Positions 28,928 through 39,345 of a stretch of DNA of 64,000 bases are shown in pieces (position 1 is the first letter of the stretch; the number at the start of each line of letters is the position of its first letter). A program made the translations under genes and the position numbers. A model generated the notes under the pieces. That model was not told where the DNA came from. It did no database searches and saw only the letters and a list, made by a program, of their open reading frames with translations. This DNA comes from Syntrophales bacterium (GTDB taxonomy: Bacteria > Desulfobacterota > Syntrophia > Syntrophales > UBA2210): contig CAXXNF010000002.1 of assembly GCA_963666365.2 (NCBI GenBank), positions 576,001 to 640,000 on the forward strand. The letters are read 5' to 3'.

Positions 28928-30268
28928 TTAGCGCGGGGCGCCCCCGGAATCCGCAATGTGCCTGCTGATGCCTCGTACTGTCTCCATGGCTGCAGTGATG
29001 TCGATGGTGCGAATAGTGCGATCTTTCATGATCACTTTCCCGTCGATGATTACCGTGGAGACATCCGATCCCGATGCCGCATAGACGACCTGCGAATAGG
29101 GGTTGTAGAGGGGCGTTAGATGGGGCTGATTCAGGTCGAGAAGGATGATGTCGGCCTTCTTCCCCGTTTCGATTGATCCGACGATGGGCTCAAGACCAAG
29201 CACCTTCGCTCCTCCTACGGTGGCCATTTCCACGACGGTTTGTGCATCCATCACCGTGGGATCAAGGGCTGCCACCTTGTGAAGCCTAGCCGCGGCGCCC
29301 ATCTCCCGTATAAGATCGAGATCGTTGTTGCTTGCACATCCATCGGTGCCCAGCCCCACCGTGATGCCCTGTGTAAGCATTTCAGGAATTGCTGCAATGC
29401 CGGCAGCAAGCTTCATTGAGCTTTCCGGATTGTGAGAGACTTTTGTGTCATGATCGGCCATAATGGACACTTCTTCCTCGTCAAGCCAGTTGCAATGTAC
29501 GGCCACCGTGTGTTCGTCCAGAACGCCCAGTGTATAAAGGTGGCGAAGCGGCGTGTTTCCGTAGCGTTCCTTAATATCGCTCACTTCTTCCTGCGTTTCC
29601 GAAAGGTGGGTCATAAAGAGCGTATTGGACCGGCGTGCGACTTCCTTGATGTCCTGATATGTGGCAGGTGAACAGGTATAGGGCGCGTGGCAAAAGAGGG
29701 CAGGGGTGATAAGGGGCGATGCTGCCCGCCAGCGGTCGATAAAGGCTTGAGCGACCTCCATATTTTTACTCGGATCAGGATTCCCCGGCGCCGGAAAATC
29801 GGTAAATCCCGCGCAGACCACACCGCGCATTCCCGATTCGACGGCTGCGTGAGCGATGCTTCCGGGGTAGAAATAGGCGTCGCAAAACGTTGTTGTTCCC
29901 GAAAGGATCATTTCGGCGATGGCAAGCCGGGCGCCGGCACGGCAGAAATCCCTGTTCACAAATGCGGCCTCGGCGGGGAAAATATGATTTGTAAGCCACT
30001 CGGTGAGGGGCAGATCATCAGCAAGTCCCCGAAAGCAGATCATTGGAAGATGCGTGTGGGTGTTGACAAGACCCGGCATCACAAGCGATCCGCGGGCGTC
30101 GATCGTCTCCTTGGCTGTGGCAGCGGTGCGGTGGGCGTTGGCGCCGCCCACAAAGACAATCCTGCCGTCTCGAATGCCGACATCGCCGTTTTCTATGATG
30201 TCTCTGTCATTTGAAATTGTGAGAATCAGGCCTCCGTGGATCAGAATGTCAAGTGCAGTTTCCTCCAT
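28928..30268 (-). CDS. Amidohydrolase, MtaD-like (methylthioadenosine/SAH deaminase family), copy 2
   Basis: PGLVNTHTH, HAPYT, HLSET, AVHC, HNPESSMKLA, GTDGCASNN. Confidence 0.85.
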   Translation of the reverse strand: MEETALDILIHGGLILTISNDRDIIENGDVGIRDGRIVFVGGANAHRTAATAKETIDARGSLVMPGLVNTHTHLPMICFRGLADDLPLTEWLTNHIFPAEAAFVNRDFCRAGARLAIAEMILSGTTTFCDAYFYPGSIAHAAVESGMRGVVCAGFTDFPAPGNPDPSKNMEVAQAFIDRWRAASPLITPALFCHAPYTCSPATYQDIKEVARRSNTLFMTHLSETQEEVSDIKERYGNTPLRHLYTLGVLDEHTVAVHCNWLDEEEVSIMADHDTKVSHNPESSMKLAAGIAAIPEMLTQGITVGLGTDGCASNNDLDLIREMGAAARLHKVAALDPTVMDAQTVVEMATVGGAKVLGLEPIVGSIETGKKADIILLDLNQPHLTPLYNPYSQVVYAASGSDVSTVIIDGKVIMKDRTIRTIDITAAMETVRGISRHIADSGGAPR

Positions 30269-30277
30269 GCCGGCCCA

Positions 30278-31600
30278 TTACTCCATGTTTTTTTTGATCC
30301 GGTCCGCGATCTTTCTGACACGGCTCATGCAGAGCGTTTCGTCGATGGTGAGAAGCGCCCGCTTTTCCATCACAAGTGTTCCGTTAATGATGACGGTGTC
30401 GACATCGCTTCCGTTCACGGCGTAGACCAGATGAGAATATTCATTATACATGGGGGTGAGGTGTGGTTTATTGCAGTCGATTATAATCACATCAGCCTTT
30501 TTGCCGGTCTCCAGAGATCCCACGAGGTTCTCCATACCAAGCACCTTGGCCCCGTTGCAGGTGGCCATGCGGGTGACTGTTGCGGCGGACATGACAGTAG
30601 GATCGAAGCGCACCACTTTTTCAAGCTTGGCCGCTGTATCCATTTCCTGAAACATGTCGAGGTTGTTGTTGCTGGCGCAGCCGTCGGTACCCAGTCCCAC
30701 GCAAATGCCGTGATCCAGCATACTCGAGATCGGTGCAACACCGGAGGCAAGCTTCATGTTACTTTCCGGGTTGTGAACTACTTTGCACCCGTGATCTGCA
30801 AATATGCGGATATCTTCCTCATCCATGGTCACGCAGTGAAACGCAAAAAACCGCTCATCGAGAAGCCCGAGTTCTTCGAGAAATCGCGTGGCCCGTTTCC
30901 CCAGCTTCTCGTTGAGCTGCAGCAGTTCCCCCTTGTTTTCCAGGAGATGCGTCGCCAGAGGCGCCTGATACTCGTCAGCCAGGATTTTTGATTTTTTCAA
31001 GAGATCACTGGAGCAGGTATAGAGCGCATGCGGTTCAACCACGATATTCACCAGAGGATCATCGGCCCACTTTTCAAAGAGCATCCGTGTGTAACGAAGT
31101 CCCTCCTCCGGCGACTTGATGTTGGGCGAGGGAAAGTCGAAGAAGACCTCTCCCAGAAGGCAGCGCATACCGGCCTCATGGGCGGCGCGGGCCGTTTCGT
31201 CCTCAAAGATATACATGTCGCAAAAAGTGGTGGTTCCCGATTTTATCATTTCGGCGCAGGCAAGCAGGCTTCCCCAGTAGGCCAGTTCAGGATCAACGTT
31301 TTTTGATTCGGCGGGGAATATATAATTATTAAGCCAGTCCATCAGTTCCATGTCATCGGCAATTCCTCGAAAGCAGGTCATCGCAGCATGGGTGTGCGCA
31401 TTGATGAGACCGGGCATGACCAGACATCCCGAGGCATCAATAATTCTTTTTGCATGACTATTGTTCAGGAGTTCGCTCGATTTTCCTAACGCGACTATTT
31501 CATCACCCTTGATGGCAAGCGCACCCTCAGGTATTCGAGTATCACTTTTGTCAACCGTGAGAATTGTTCCGTTTGTTATGAGTATATCCGCTTCGATCAT
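30278..31600 (-). CDS. Amidohydrolase, MtaD-like, copy 1
   Basis: PGLINAHTH, PHALYT, HLLEN, HNPESNMKLASG, GTDGCASNN. Confidence 0.85.
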   Translation of the reverse strand: MIEADILITNGTILTVDKSDTRIPEGALAIKGDEIVALGKSSELLNNSHAKRIIDASGCLVMPGLINAHTHAAMTCFRGIADDMELMDWLNNYIFPAESKNVDPELAYWGSLLACAEMIKSGTTTFCDMYIFEDETARAAHEAGMRCLLGEVFFDFPSPNIKSPEEGLRYTRMLFEKWADDPLVNIVVEPHALYTCSSDLLKKSKILADEYQAPLATHLLENKGELLQLNEKLGKRATRFLEELGLLDERFFAFHCVTMDEEDIRIFADHGCKVVHNPESNMKLASGVAPISSMLDHGICVGLGTDGCASNNNLDMFQEMDTAAKLEKVVRFDPTVMSAATVTRMATCNGAKVLGMENLVGSLETGKKADVIIIDCNKPHLTPMYNEYSHLVYAVNGSDVDTVIINGTLVMEKRALLTIDETLCMSRVRKIADRIKKNME

Positions 31601-31974
31601 TCCTTTTCCCTCAAAGAGCCTCGTTAATATGAGAAACGCTCTTTATTGTGATCGTCAACAACAGGGGCAGCGTAAGCACCATAAAACAAGCAATGATCCT
31701 TACCATACCATCCACTGCATCATCAAGAACTTATAGGGTGCAAGGTCACTTTTTCCCGTTCATTAAAAGAGCGAACGGGGGTACCATTCCCGGCGCCAAA
31801 GAATTGATGCGCGGAGCGTACGCTGTGCCGTCAACCCTTTTGCCCTTGCCATTTATGGAGGAATTCGCTATATCACGTGAAACTGTCTTCCGCAAAGACA
31901 AACGACACGTTCACTACATGCACCTGTTGTATGCCTGAAAAATAAGGAACGACAGAGTGTACCTGCGTAAAAAA

Positions 31975-32062
31975 GCCTGGGTGGCGGAACTGGTAGACGC
32001 AAGGGACTTAAAATCCCTCGGTCCTTGCGACTGTGAGGGTTCGATTCCCTCCCCAGGTACCA
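31975..32062 (+). tRNA. tRNA-Leu (anticodon TAA)
   Basis: Acceptor GCCTGGG/CCCAGGT, D-loop GGAACTGGTAGAC, anticodon arm AGGGA-CTTAAAA-TCCCT, long variable arm, GGTTCGATT, encoded CCA. Confidence 0.97.
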
Positions 32063-32067
32063 TAAAA

Positions 32068-33159
32068 TCAAGGGGTTACGGCTTTTAGGGTTGTAACCCT
32101 TTTTATTGGAATTGGCCGATTGTAACCATTTTGTAACTGTCCAGATTGTCTTTCTCTGAATTCTTGCCTCTTTCTAGCGGCTTCCTTCAGGTCGTCCTGT
32201 GAAACGATGTTGTATCGATCAAATACACTTCGAGTCTTATGACCAGAGATTTCCATCACGACACGTTCAGGTATACCCGCTCTCACCATGTTCCTGATGG
32301 AGCTTCTCCTCAAATCATGGAAAAGGAGATCCGGCATGCCAATGGTGGTGCAGGCTGTCTCCCATGCCTTACGAAAATCAACCAATTGTTTTCCCTTATG
32401 GTGGAAGACATAGAGACAATCCATGCGCCGCTTTTTATATAGTTTCTTCACCATTTCCAGCAACTCAGGTTCCATGTAGAGCGTTCGGCCTTCTGTATTT
32501 TTCGTCTCTCCCGGTTCAAGCCTTACAGTTCCTTCACGCAAGTCAACCTGACTCCACTTCAGATTGATTATTTCCCCCTTTCTCCAGCCTGTAAAGTAAC
32601 CAAATGTAAGGACAGTCCTAAGATGCACAGGGAGCTCTTTCATGAGGGCCAGATATGCTTCATACTCTATAAACCCTTTCCTAACATTGTTTTCCTTTAG
32701 CATCGGGATATAGGGCACCTGTGCTACTTTGGGAGGCGTACATCGGGCAGCCAAGTTAAAAGCCCTCTTGAGAGCGGCCAATTCCCTGTTGATTGTGGCA
32801 TTCGATTTTCCTTGGACCAATCTGTTCTCAATATACTTTTTGATTAATGTTGATGTGATCTCCGGTGCTCTCATGCCACCAAAATACTCTTTGAGATATC
32901 TGGTACACCGCTTCGCCTTCTCCAGTGTCCTCTTTCTATTGACTCTGTAATCGGTGAGGTAATCATCCATTATCTCATCAAAAGTTATTTTATCAAAAAC
33001 GATCCCAGGCATTTTACCGGTAGAAATCTCACCTTCTCTGAGCTTTAATAAGTGTTTAGCAACTTCCTGTTTGTTACTATGACTCGATTCGGCATAGGCC
33101 TTGCCGTTCCTGTAATACTTGACCCAGTAGGTATTTCCTCGCCTGTAAATACATCCCAT
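32068..33159 (-). CDS. Tyrosine recombinase (phage integrase family)
   Basis: GWRKGEI, TKN, FHDLRR, SGHKT, DRYN catalytic residues; start 33159 or 33168. Confidence 0.95.
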   Translation of the reverse strand: MGCIYRRGNTYWVKYYRNGKAYAESSHSNKQEVAKHLLKLREGEISTGKMPGIVFDKITFDEIMDDYLTDYRVNRKRTLEKAKRCTRYLKEYFGGMRAPEITSTLIKKYIENRLVQGKSNATINRELAALKRAFNLAARCTPPKVAQVPYIPMLKENNVRKGFIEYEAYLALMKELPVHLRTVLTFGYFTGWRKGEIINLKWSQVDLREGTVRLEPGETKNTEGRTLYMEPELLEMVKKLYKKRRMDCLYVFHHKGKQLVDFRKAWETACTTIGMPDLLFHDLRRSSIRNMVRAGIPERVVMEISGHKTRSVFDRYNIVSQDDLKEAARKRQEFRERQSGQLQNGYNRPIPIKRVTTLKAVTP

Positions 33160-33160
33160 C

Positions 33161-33373
33161 TTAGTCATCTCCTTTCTCGGGATGGTTTCGCTTGACCAGC
33201 TGAAGGTCATAGCCAAGGTAATCGGCAATCTGTTCTAGCTTTTTCAGGGAGATTGATGTTTCCCCCTGGAAAAACTTTGACAATTGGCCCTGATCAATCC
33301 CTAGATCCTTCCAGAGCCTATATGCCGTGACCTTTTCCCTATTCATGATGTCTTTCAGGCGATTCCCCATCAT
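33161..33373 (-). CDS. XRE/Cro-like HTH regulator
   Basis: TAYRLWKDLGIDQGQLSKFFQG...LEQIADYLG; start could be 33412. Confidence 0.75.
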   Translation of the reverse strand: MMGNRLKDIMNREKVTAYRLWKDLGIDQGQLSKFFQGETSISLKKLEQIADYLGYDLQLVKRNHPEKGDD

Positions 33374-33416
33374 GAAAGCATCATAATGTATGCTTGAATA
33401 ATCATCAAGCATAAAA

Positions 33417-33662
33417 TCACACATACGCTGCTTTGTGGTTGCTGATATATTTATCGAGATCCACAATATCGAAATATATCTTTCTTCCTTCTTCTTCTTT
33501 GACAACCGGAATTTTGTGAGACCATGCCAGATTTCTCATGCTCCACTCAGACCGTCCCAGGTATACCGCCGCTTCTTTCAGTGTAAAAAGCCGCTTCCTC
33601 AGGGGACTGTCTATCCCTCGTGCCTTCTGAAACGTTTTGTCTGTAAGGGTTTTCTTGGCCAT
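33417..33662 (-). CDS. Excisionase-like HTH DNA-binding protein
   Basis: LFTLKEAAVYLGRS...KIPVV...FDIVDLDKYI, near the integrase. Confidence 0.8.
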   Translation of the reverse strand: MAKKTLTDKTFQKARGIDSPLRKRLFTLKEAAVYLGRSEWSMRNLAWSHKIPVVKEEEGRKIYFDIVDLDKYISNHKAAYV

Positions 33663-33851
33663 GTAACTAAATTGTAACTGCAAAGTGTCATAGTTCTTTT
33701 TTTACTTGCCTTCAATTCTTCTGCATAATGCTCTCAATCGGTACGAAATGAGGATCATTAATCCTGAACGATATACTTACCATCTTGCGAAACTTTTCCA
33801 GCTCTCGTATGCCTCTATAGACCCCTGCCAGAGCAAAATAGGGGTGTCTTT

Positions 33852-34076
33852 TCATTCCGTTTCTACGTCACGGTACGGCATCCATGACCATAGGGGACAA
33901 TCCTTGATCTGACAGCTGCATCTACCATCGGCATAATACCCCATACATTCGTAGCATTTTGCAATAATCGTTTGTCCACTTTGAAGGCTTTCACCATTCA
34001 GATGTTTCAGCAGCTCGCTTCTCCCCCGTGCCTTGAGTCCAAATTTTTTTATTTCTGTCACTCTGGATTGATCCAT
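33852..34076 (-). CDS. Small Cys-rich hypothetical protein
   Basis: IIAKCYECMG...CQIKDCPLW. Confidence 0.65.
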   Translation of the reverse strand: MDQSRVTEIKKFGLKARGRSELLKHLNGESLQSGQTIIAKCYECMGYYADGRCSCQIKDCPLWSWMPYRDVETE

Positions 34077-34099
34077 CTTTCTCTTCTTTCCCTTGGAGG

Positions 34100-34225
34100 T
34101 AACTTCATTTTATGAAACCCATAACTTCAATTTATGAAATGAATAGTCAATCTGAGTGAGTTTCATTTCACATTTTGAAGTTGTAGGGGTGTTTTTAACC
34201 CCTTTTTCATTTCACATTTTGAAGT
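34100..34225. repeat. Four iteron-like repeats (two direct, two inverted)
   Basis: ACTTCA-N5-TGAAA units at 34102 and 34124 (+); identical 21-mers TTTCATTTCACATTTTGAAGT at 34161 and 34205. Confidence 0.8.
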
Positions 34226-34291
34226 CTATTCTATATATAGCCATATCTTCCTATTTATTTATCGATGCCACTAGGCATCTCTATTGAGTGT

Positions 34292-34651
34292 TTACCCCTT
34301 GTCACAAAAACTCTCCCATCTAAGGGAGAGTTTAAACCTGTTATACCCCTTTCCATGACCTCGAAGCCCGCCCCTTTCAATTATGTCTAAGAAGCCCATT
34401 TTTCTTAAGTCTCTCTGTACCTTTGAGAAGGTTGCTGGTGAGAAGCCCAGTCTCTTTGCTTCGGGGTATGAAAAAGTGAACTCAGTGGAGCATCTTTCTA
34501 TATCTTTCCACGGCATCTTGACCTTCCCTATGAAATAAGGGAGCGCCTTCGCAGCAGACGGTGGTAACTGTTTGTACGCCTCACTGTTTAACAAATCCCA
34601 TGTCAACGGAACAAACGGTGGAAGTTTGTTCCCGCTCTTTTTTCTCGCCAT
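34292..34651 (-). CDS. Hypothetical winged-helix-like protein
   Basis: LLNSEAYKQL...GFSPATFSKVQRDLRKMGFLDI pattern. Confidence 0.6.
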   Translation of the reverse strand: MARKKSGNKLPPFVPLTWDLLNSEAYKQLPPSAAKALPYFIGKVKMPWKDIERCSTEFTFSYPEAKRLGFSPATFSKVQRDLRKMGFLDIIERGGLRGHGKGYNRFKLSLRWESFCDKG

Positions 34652-34672
34652 TTCCGTTCCCGATCATCGTTC

Positions 34673-34942
34673 TCATTTAGGCTTCCTATATTCCGGGTCT
34701 TCGTTACTTCGTCTAATCGCCTTCATAGTAAATATTTGTCCCCTTATGGACTTCAGGATTCTCACATAATCCATTATCCCAACGGTGTGGTTCTGATAAA
34801 AAGCTTCTATGTCGGCTGCAATATCACCTTCGATTTCAAAAATAATTCTTCCGGACTGATTTCTCAGGGGGGTGATAGTGTGCCCACGAAGGGCAAGATA
34901 GGCTACGATTGTAGCATCTTCGAATTCCGTTCTCTTATCCAT
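34673..34942 (-). CDS. Small hypothetical protein (DUF5659-like)
   Basis: DATIVAYLALRG...IIFEI; GGGAG RBS. Confidence 0.55.
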   Translation of the reverse strand: MDKRTEFEDATIVAYLALRGHTITPLRNQSGRIIFEIEGDIAADIEAFYQNHTVGIMDYVRILKSIRGQIFTMKAIRRSNEDPEYRKPK

Positions 34943-35716
34943 CTGACATTCTCCCTTTCTCTAGATGGCAGAAGGATATCAAACAATGTAAAAAGGTTCT
35001 TAGGACATTTACTGCTGGGTAAAAGTCAGAAATGCTGGAGAGAGTCTACTCAGGTTTGAGCTTTTTGAGCGCTTTGGTGCTGAGGGCTGGGGGATAGACT
35101 TTGGCTTTGAGTTCTTCTAGCAATATACGCTTACTTTCCCATGTTAATTCGTCCACCATAGGCCTTATCTGATTTAGGATGCTTCGATCCTTTAAGGTTT
35201 CGAACATTTTCATAAGATCCAGCTCGACAATGTTCTTATGAATCAGTGACATTAAAAAGGCGATGTAGTAGAATTTTTGATCAGTATAGCGCCTTCCCAC
35301 TGGTCCAGTTTGTCCTTGCTGTAATACATATCGTCGGAACTTATCAATTCCCTTAAATAAACTTGTAAGTGTAAGTTGCTTCCCTTTCGATTCCAATCCC
35401 TTAAAGATATTTAATTTTCGCTTGGGGTCAAACAGAAGTATCACTGCTTTGGGATGCTTTAAATTATCGTATTCAAAGGTATCCATAAATTGCTCGGTCA
35501 AACAAATGATTTGTTCTAATGCCCAATAGACAGCCTTGTCTATATCTTCTTTTACGCCTTTATGTGAATTCGGGTTTTCTCTCAGTTCACGATAAGTTCT
35601 TTGAATAGCAAAATAAAAATCAGCTCCATCCGCCGATACCTTGAACTTCTTTAAAATTGTCTCTGGTCTGAGGATAATATCTTCTACAGCTAAAAATGTT
35701 TTAATATTTTTACCTA

Positions 35717-36939
35717 GTACCATGTAACATAATATATTTCGTATTTATGGAAAATATGATATACTGGCGGCAATCCAACAAAGGAGGTTGCTATGTCGCC
35801 AAGATATCGAGTAACCCTTACCAAAGAAGAGCGTAGAGAGCTTGAGGCAATGACACACAAAGGAAAGACCCATGCCAGAAAATTCATCCATGCTCGTGCG
35901 TTGCTGTTGTGCGACGCCGGCGCTGACGGTTCTGCATGGAACGTTTCCGATGTCGCAGAGGCGCTTGGGGTGTCGAGCCGTTCGATTGAACATCTCAAGA
36001 AGCGGTTTGTGGAAGAAGGGCTTGAAGCCGCACTCGCACGCAGAGCACGGGAAAAACCTCCGCGCGACATCATCTTTGACGGCGCCTTTGAGGCGCGACT
36101 GGTTGCACTTGCCTGCTCGGATGCCCCGGAAGGGCGTCGGCGCTGGACGGTTAGATTGCTTGCCGACAAAGCCGTTGAGCTTGGCATTGCCGAATCCGTA
36201 TCGCATATGACGGTGCAGCGGGTGTTAAAAAAAACGAATTTAAGCCTCACATCAGAAAGTACTGGAAAATCCCTCCCGAAGGGAACGCAGCCTTTGTAGC
36301 GTGCATGGAAGATGTGCTGGAGATATATCATATGCCTTATGATCCCGCGTATCCGGTAGTATGCATGGATGAATCCTGCAAGCAGCTTGTCGGCGAAGTG
36401 CGAGAGCCCATGCCGTGCGTGCCGGGAAGACCGGCGCGCACAGATGACGAGTATGTCAGAAACGGGGTAGTGGAAATATTTATGGAAGTAGAGCCTCTCG
36501 CTGGCAGACGACATGTGGCAATCACGGAACATCGCACCGGAAAGGATTGGGCGATGCAGATCAAGCAGATGCTCGATGAACGCTATTCCGGCGCTGTCAA
36601 GGTGCGCTTGGTCATGGATAATCTGAATACCCATAGGATTGCCTCACTCTACGAAACATTCGAACCCGGTGAAGCCCGGCGTTTGGCGGAACGGCTAGAA
36701 ATCCATTACACGCCCAAACATGGCAGTTGGCTCAATATGGCAGAGATCGAATTCAGCGCCCTGAAAGGACAATGCCTTGATCGCCGGATTCCTGATATAA
36801 CAACCATGCGGGCTGAAGTAGCCGCATGGGAAAAAGACCGAAACAACAGTGCGAAGAACATTGTATGGCAATTTACTACCCCAGACGCTCGGATTAAATT
36901 GAAGCGTCTTTATCCGAAGGTATAAAGGTTACATGGTAC
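35717..36939 (+). mobile_element. IS630-family insertion sequence
   Basis: Inverted ends CTAGTACCATGTAAC (35714) / GTTACATGGTACTAG (36928), duplicated TA within a CTAG target. Confidence 0.95.
35793..36925 (+). CDS. IS630 transposase expressed via -1 frameshift at the A8 run 36227-36234
   Basis: HTH ORF 35793-36299 plus DDE ORF (MDES, MDNLNTH, SWLNMAEIE); -1 frame reads KNEFKPH...FVACMEDVL. Confidence 0.9.
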
Positions 36940-37724
36940 TAGTCCCCGGTTGCCACCTCTACCTTGTGTTTGATTAATGTTTTTTTTCCTTGGAATAGTA
37001 AATGTCTCTGATGCCTCCTGGATTTCCAAATATATCTGCTCGCTTGATTTGTCGTCAGTGTAAATGCATTGCCATAGCGGAAAATAAATAACGTCTGGAT
37101 AATTTGACACGAATTCCTGAAATGCCATTTTTATATTGTTCTCTGAGGTCGGCATAGTATGCGGTTTGTTCAGTAAGCCGTCGATTAATTCAGCAAGGTC
37201 ATCACTATTGGGTATGGATCTTTTTTTCATGTATTTAATCGTGATGCGTTCACAGCAGGTGTATTTAATTAATTCAAATCAAAACAGCATGTCGAAAATT
37301 CGAGTCATGGATGGTAGCACGAACGTCTTAAATTTTAGCAGCATATAGTCTGAGTGAAAAGTTATTTTTGGGGATATTGCTATGTGTGTGTAAATTTGCG
37401 AAATGCTCCCATGGCGACTTTTGTCAGCAAATCGAAAATTGTTGAATAAAAATATGTTATATTGGGCAGTATTGAATCATTTCTTGATATGCAATGATCG
37501 TCTATACCTATAGAGCCCTATTTGCATCGAACATTTTTTTAGAGGTAAGCTACTTTCCCTATATACTGTGGGTGACGCTCTCAAGTACTCCATTCAGCCT
37601 TTTATAAAGGCCCTCTACTTCTTACTAGATGCTCAACCAGAAAAGCTATTATTTTTCCTAAGCTGGTGCCATTAAGTGCATTTTCAAATCTCCCAATTTT
37701 CCCAGGCAATTAAAGTTAACCTCA

Positions 37725-37976
37725 TTAGCGGCGAACGTGCTGAACCCCCCAAAAGATGCCAAAGACAACCAAGAAAACTCCAAATCCTAACAATAAAGCA
37801 TTTACTTCCCATATTCCTACTACGTTGTCTGATTCAAAACTACTGCTTAACATACTTCGTCCTCCTGACACTATCTGGGTGATACTACTGGCGACAACAA
37901 AAGAGCCAACACCACAAAACGAAGCAGAGGTAAGAATGAAGTGTTTTTGAAATATGTTGTAAAGTTTAGATAACAT
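37725..37976 (-). CDS. Small membrane protein
   Basis: Two hydrophobic segments; AGGAGG RBS upstream. Confidence 0.55.
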   Translation of the reverse strand: MLSKLYNIFQKHFILTSASFCGVGSFVVASSITQIVSGGRSMLSSSFESDNVVGIWEVNALLLGFGVFLVVFGIFWGVQHVRR

Positions 37977-38050
37977 AGCCTTGAATACCTCCTTTTAGTT
38001 CTTACGTGTCGATGAGTCCAATGAATTGAGTGGTTAGTTTACGTTAAACA

Positions 38051-38947
38051 TCATTCTGATTCCTGCAATTCTTTCGGATGCCTCAAAGCACGAATACCAT
38101 TGCGAAGGATCCCAACTCCTGGAGCTAACGACAGAAAAAGAAGAAAACTTCCAAGACCCATCTTACGCCATAACCAATCTCCAATACTATCACTCCCAGT
38201 CCCTTTAATACGACTTTTTGACGGATCATCCGGAAGATATTCAACTTCTATCGCGTAGGGTTGCTGAAGGTCTCGTAATTCCCTAGGCAAAGGCCCAAAC
38301 CACGACCCTGAGCGTTTGGTAAATTGTCGGCCATCAGAAAAAGTGTAAGTGTATATAAAACCATGATGCCAATGTACTCGTCCATGATCGTCATTATCAA
38401 CATCTTCCCAAGTTTCTGTGATGAAGCCTGGAGTGATTTGCGCATGGCGAATTAGGGCTAGTTCAGTAAGTGGATTCCCACATATCCCATGCCACAGAAA
38501 TAATGCTGTGAGAATCCAACCAATGCCCCATAGAATCTTTTTAAATGCGTAACCGCGTTCATTTGTTAATTTTATGTTTTCCCCAAAATATCCACCAAAG
38601 ATACATGGAAGGAGCTCAATGCAATGCACTAATATAACATGGTTAATTTCTTTGGAAAGATGCGCTCCTACCATTAATGCTCCGATGCACATGAATAGTT
38701 GTAGTGCTATTAATGTGCCACCTAGTAGCATTCCACTTTTTTTGTAAATTCGTCCAGCAACAAAACCTGAAATAAATCCCAAAAAGATTATATATATTAT
38801 ATTGGGAATACTAATGGGCATATGGATTCCCGTTACTTTATGTCCATATATAAAATCTATGATTGCCTCTATAGGCAAAGCTAATAAAGCGCCAAGAAAG
38901 AACCCGCCAACAAGTGCTAGAATAAATCTGATTACATCCTTAGCCAT
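38051..38947 (-). CDS. Multi-pass membrane protein with C-terminal DUF3592-like beta domain
   Basis: About six TM segments; YTYTFSDG...IEVEYLPDDPSKSRI. Confidence 0.6.
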   Translation of the reverse strand: MAKDVIRFILALVGGFFLGALLALPIEAIIDFIYGHKVTGIHMPISIPNIIYIIFLGFISGFVAGRIYKKSGMLLGGTLIALQLFMCIGALMVGAHLSKEINHVILVHCIELLPCIFGGYFGENIKLTNERGYAFKKILWGIGWILTALFLWHGICGNPLTELALIRHAQITPGFITETWEDVDNDDHGRVHWHHGFIYTYTFSDGRQFTKRSGSWFGPLPRELRDLQQPYAIEVEYLPDDPSKSRIKGTGSDSIGDWLWRKMGLGSFLLFLSLAPGVGILRNGIRALRHPKELQESE

Positions 38948-38967
38948 CGGAATTTATCCCCCCCTTT

Positions 38968-39345
38968 TTATCCCTGGAACCTGAGTTTTGAAAATCTGTT
39001 GAGAAGAATCAGCAGTTTATCCAAATCAACAGGCTTTATGATGTAATAGAAAGCCCCCGCCTCCATTGCTTCAACAGCACGTTCAATTGTTCCATAGGCA
39101 GATATAATTACTATGTTCATCTCAGGCTTGATTTTCTTTATTTCCTTGAGGACCTCCATCCCGTCCATGCCCGGCATTTTGTAATCAAGAAGGACAACAT
39201 CAAAGTGTTCGCTCCTGACACACTGAATAGCTTTTATCCCGTTTTCTGCCTCGCCAACCCGGTACCCCTCACGGATAAGAAAGTCCTTGAGTAAATAACG
39301 TTGCGACTCCCAATCCTCAATGATCAGTATATCAGGTCTGTTCAT
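38968..39345 (-). CDS. Stand-alone response regulator receiver domain
   Basis: ILIIED, LLDYKMPGMDG, ISAYG, IIKP; no output domain. Confidence 0.85.
   Translation of the reverse strand: MNRPDILIIEDWESQRYLLKDFLIREGYRVGEAENGIKAIQCVRSEHFDVVLLDYKMPGMDGMEVLKEIKKIKPEMNIVIISAYGTIERAVEAMEAGAFYYIIKPVDLDKLLILLNRFSKLRFQG

Larger units (their letters stand above)
35046..37230 (-). pseudogene. 319-aa hypothetical gene split by IS630
   Basis: Removing the IS and one TA joins ...GGNRGL to GKNIKTFL... in frame. Confidence 0.85.

Noticed and set aside
35714..36634. 306-aa minus-strand ORF inside IS630
   Set aside because: Antisense to the transposase
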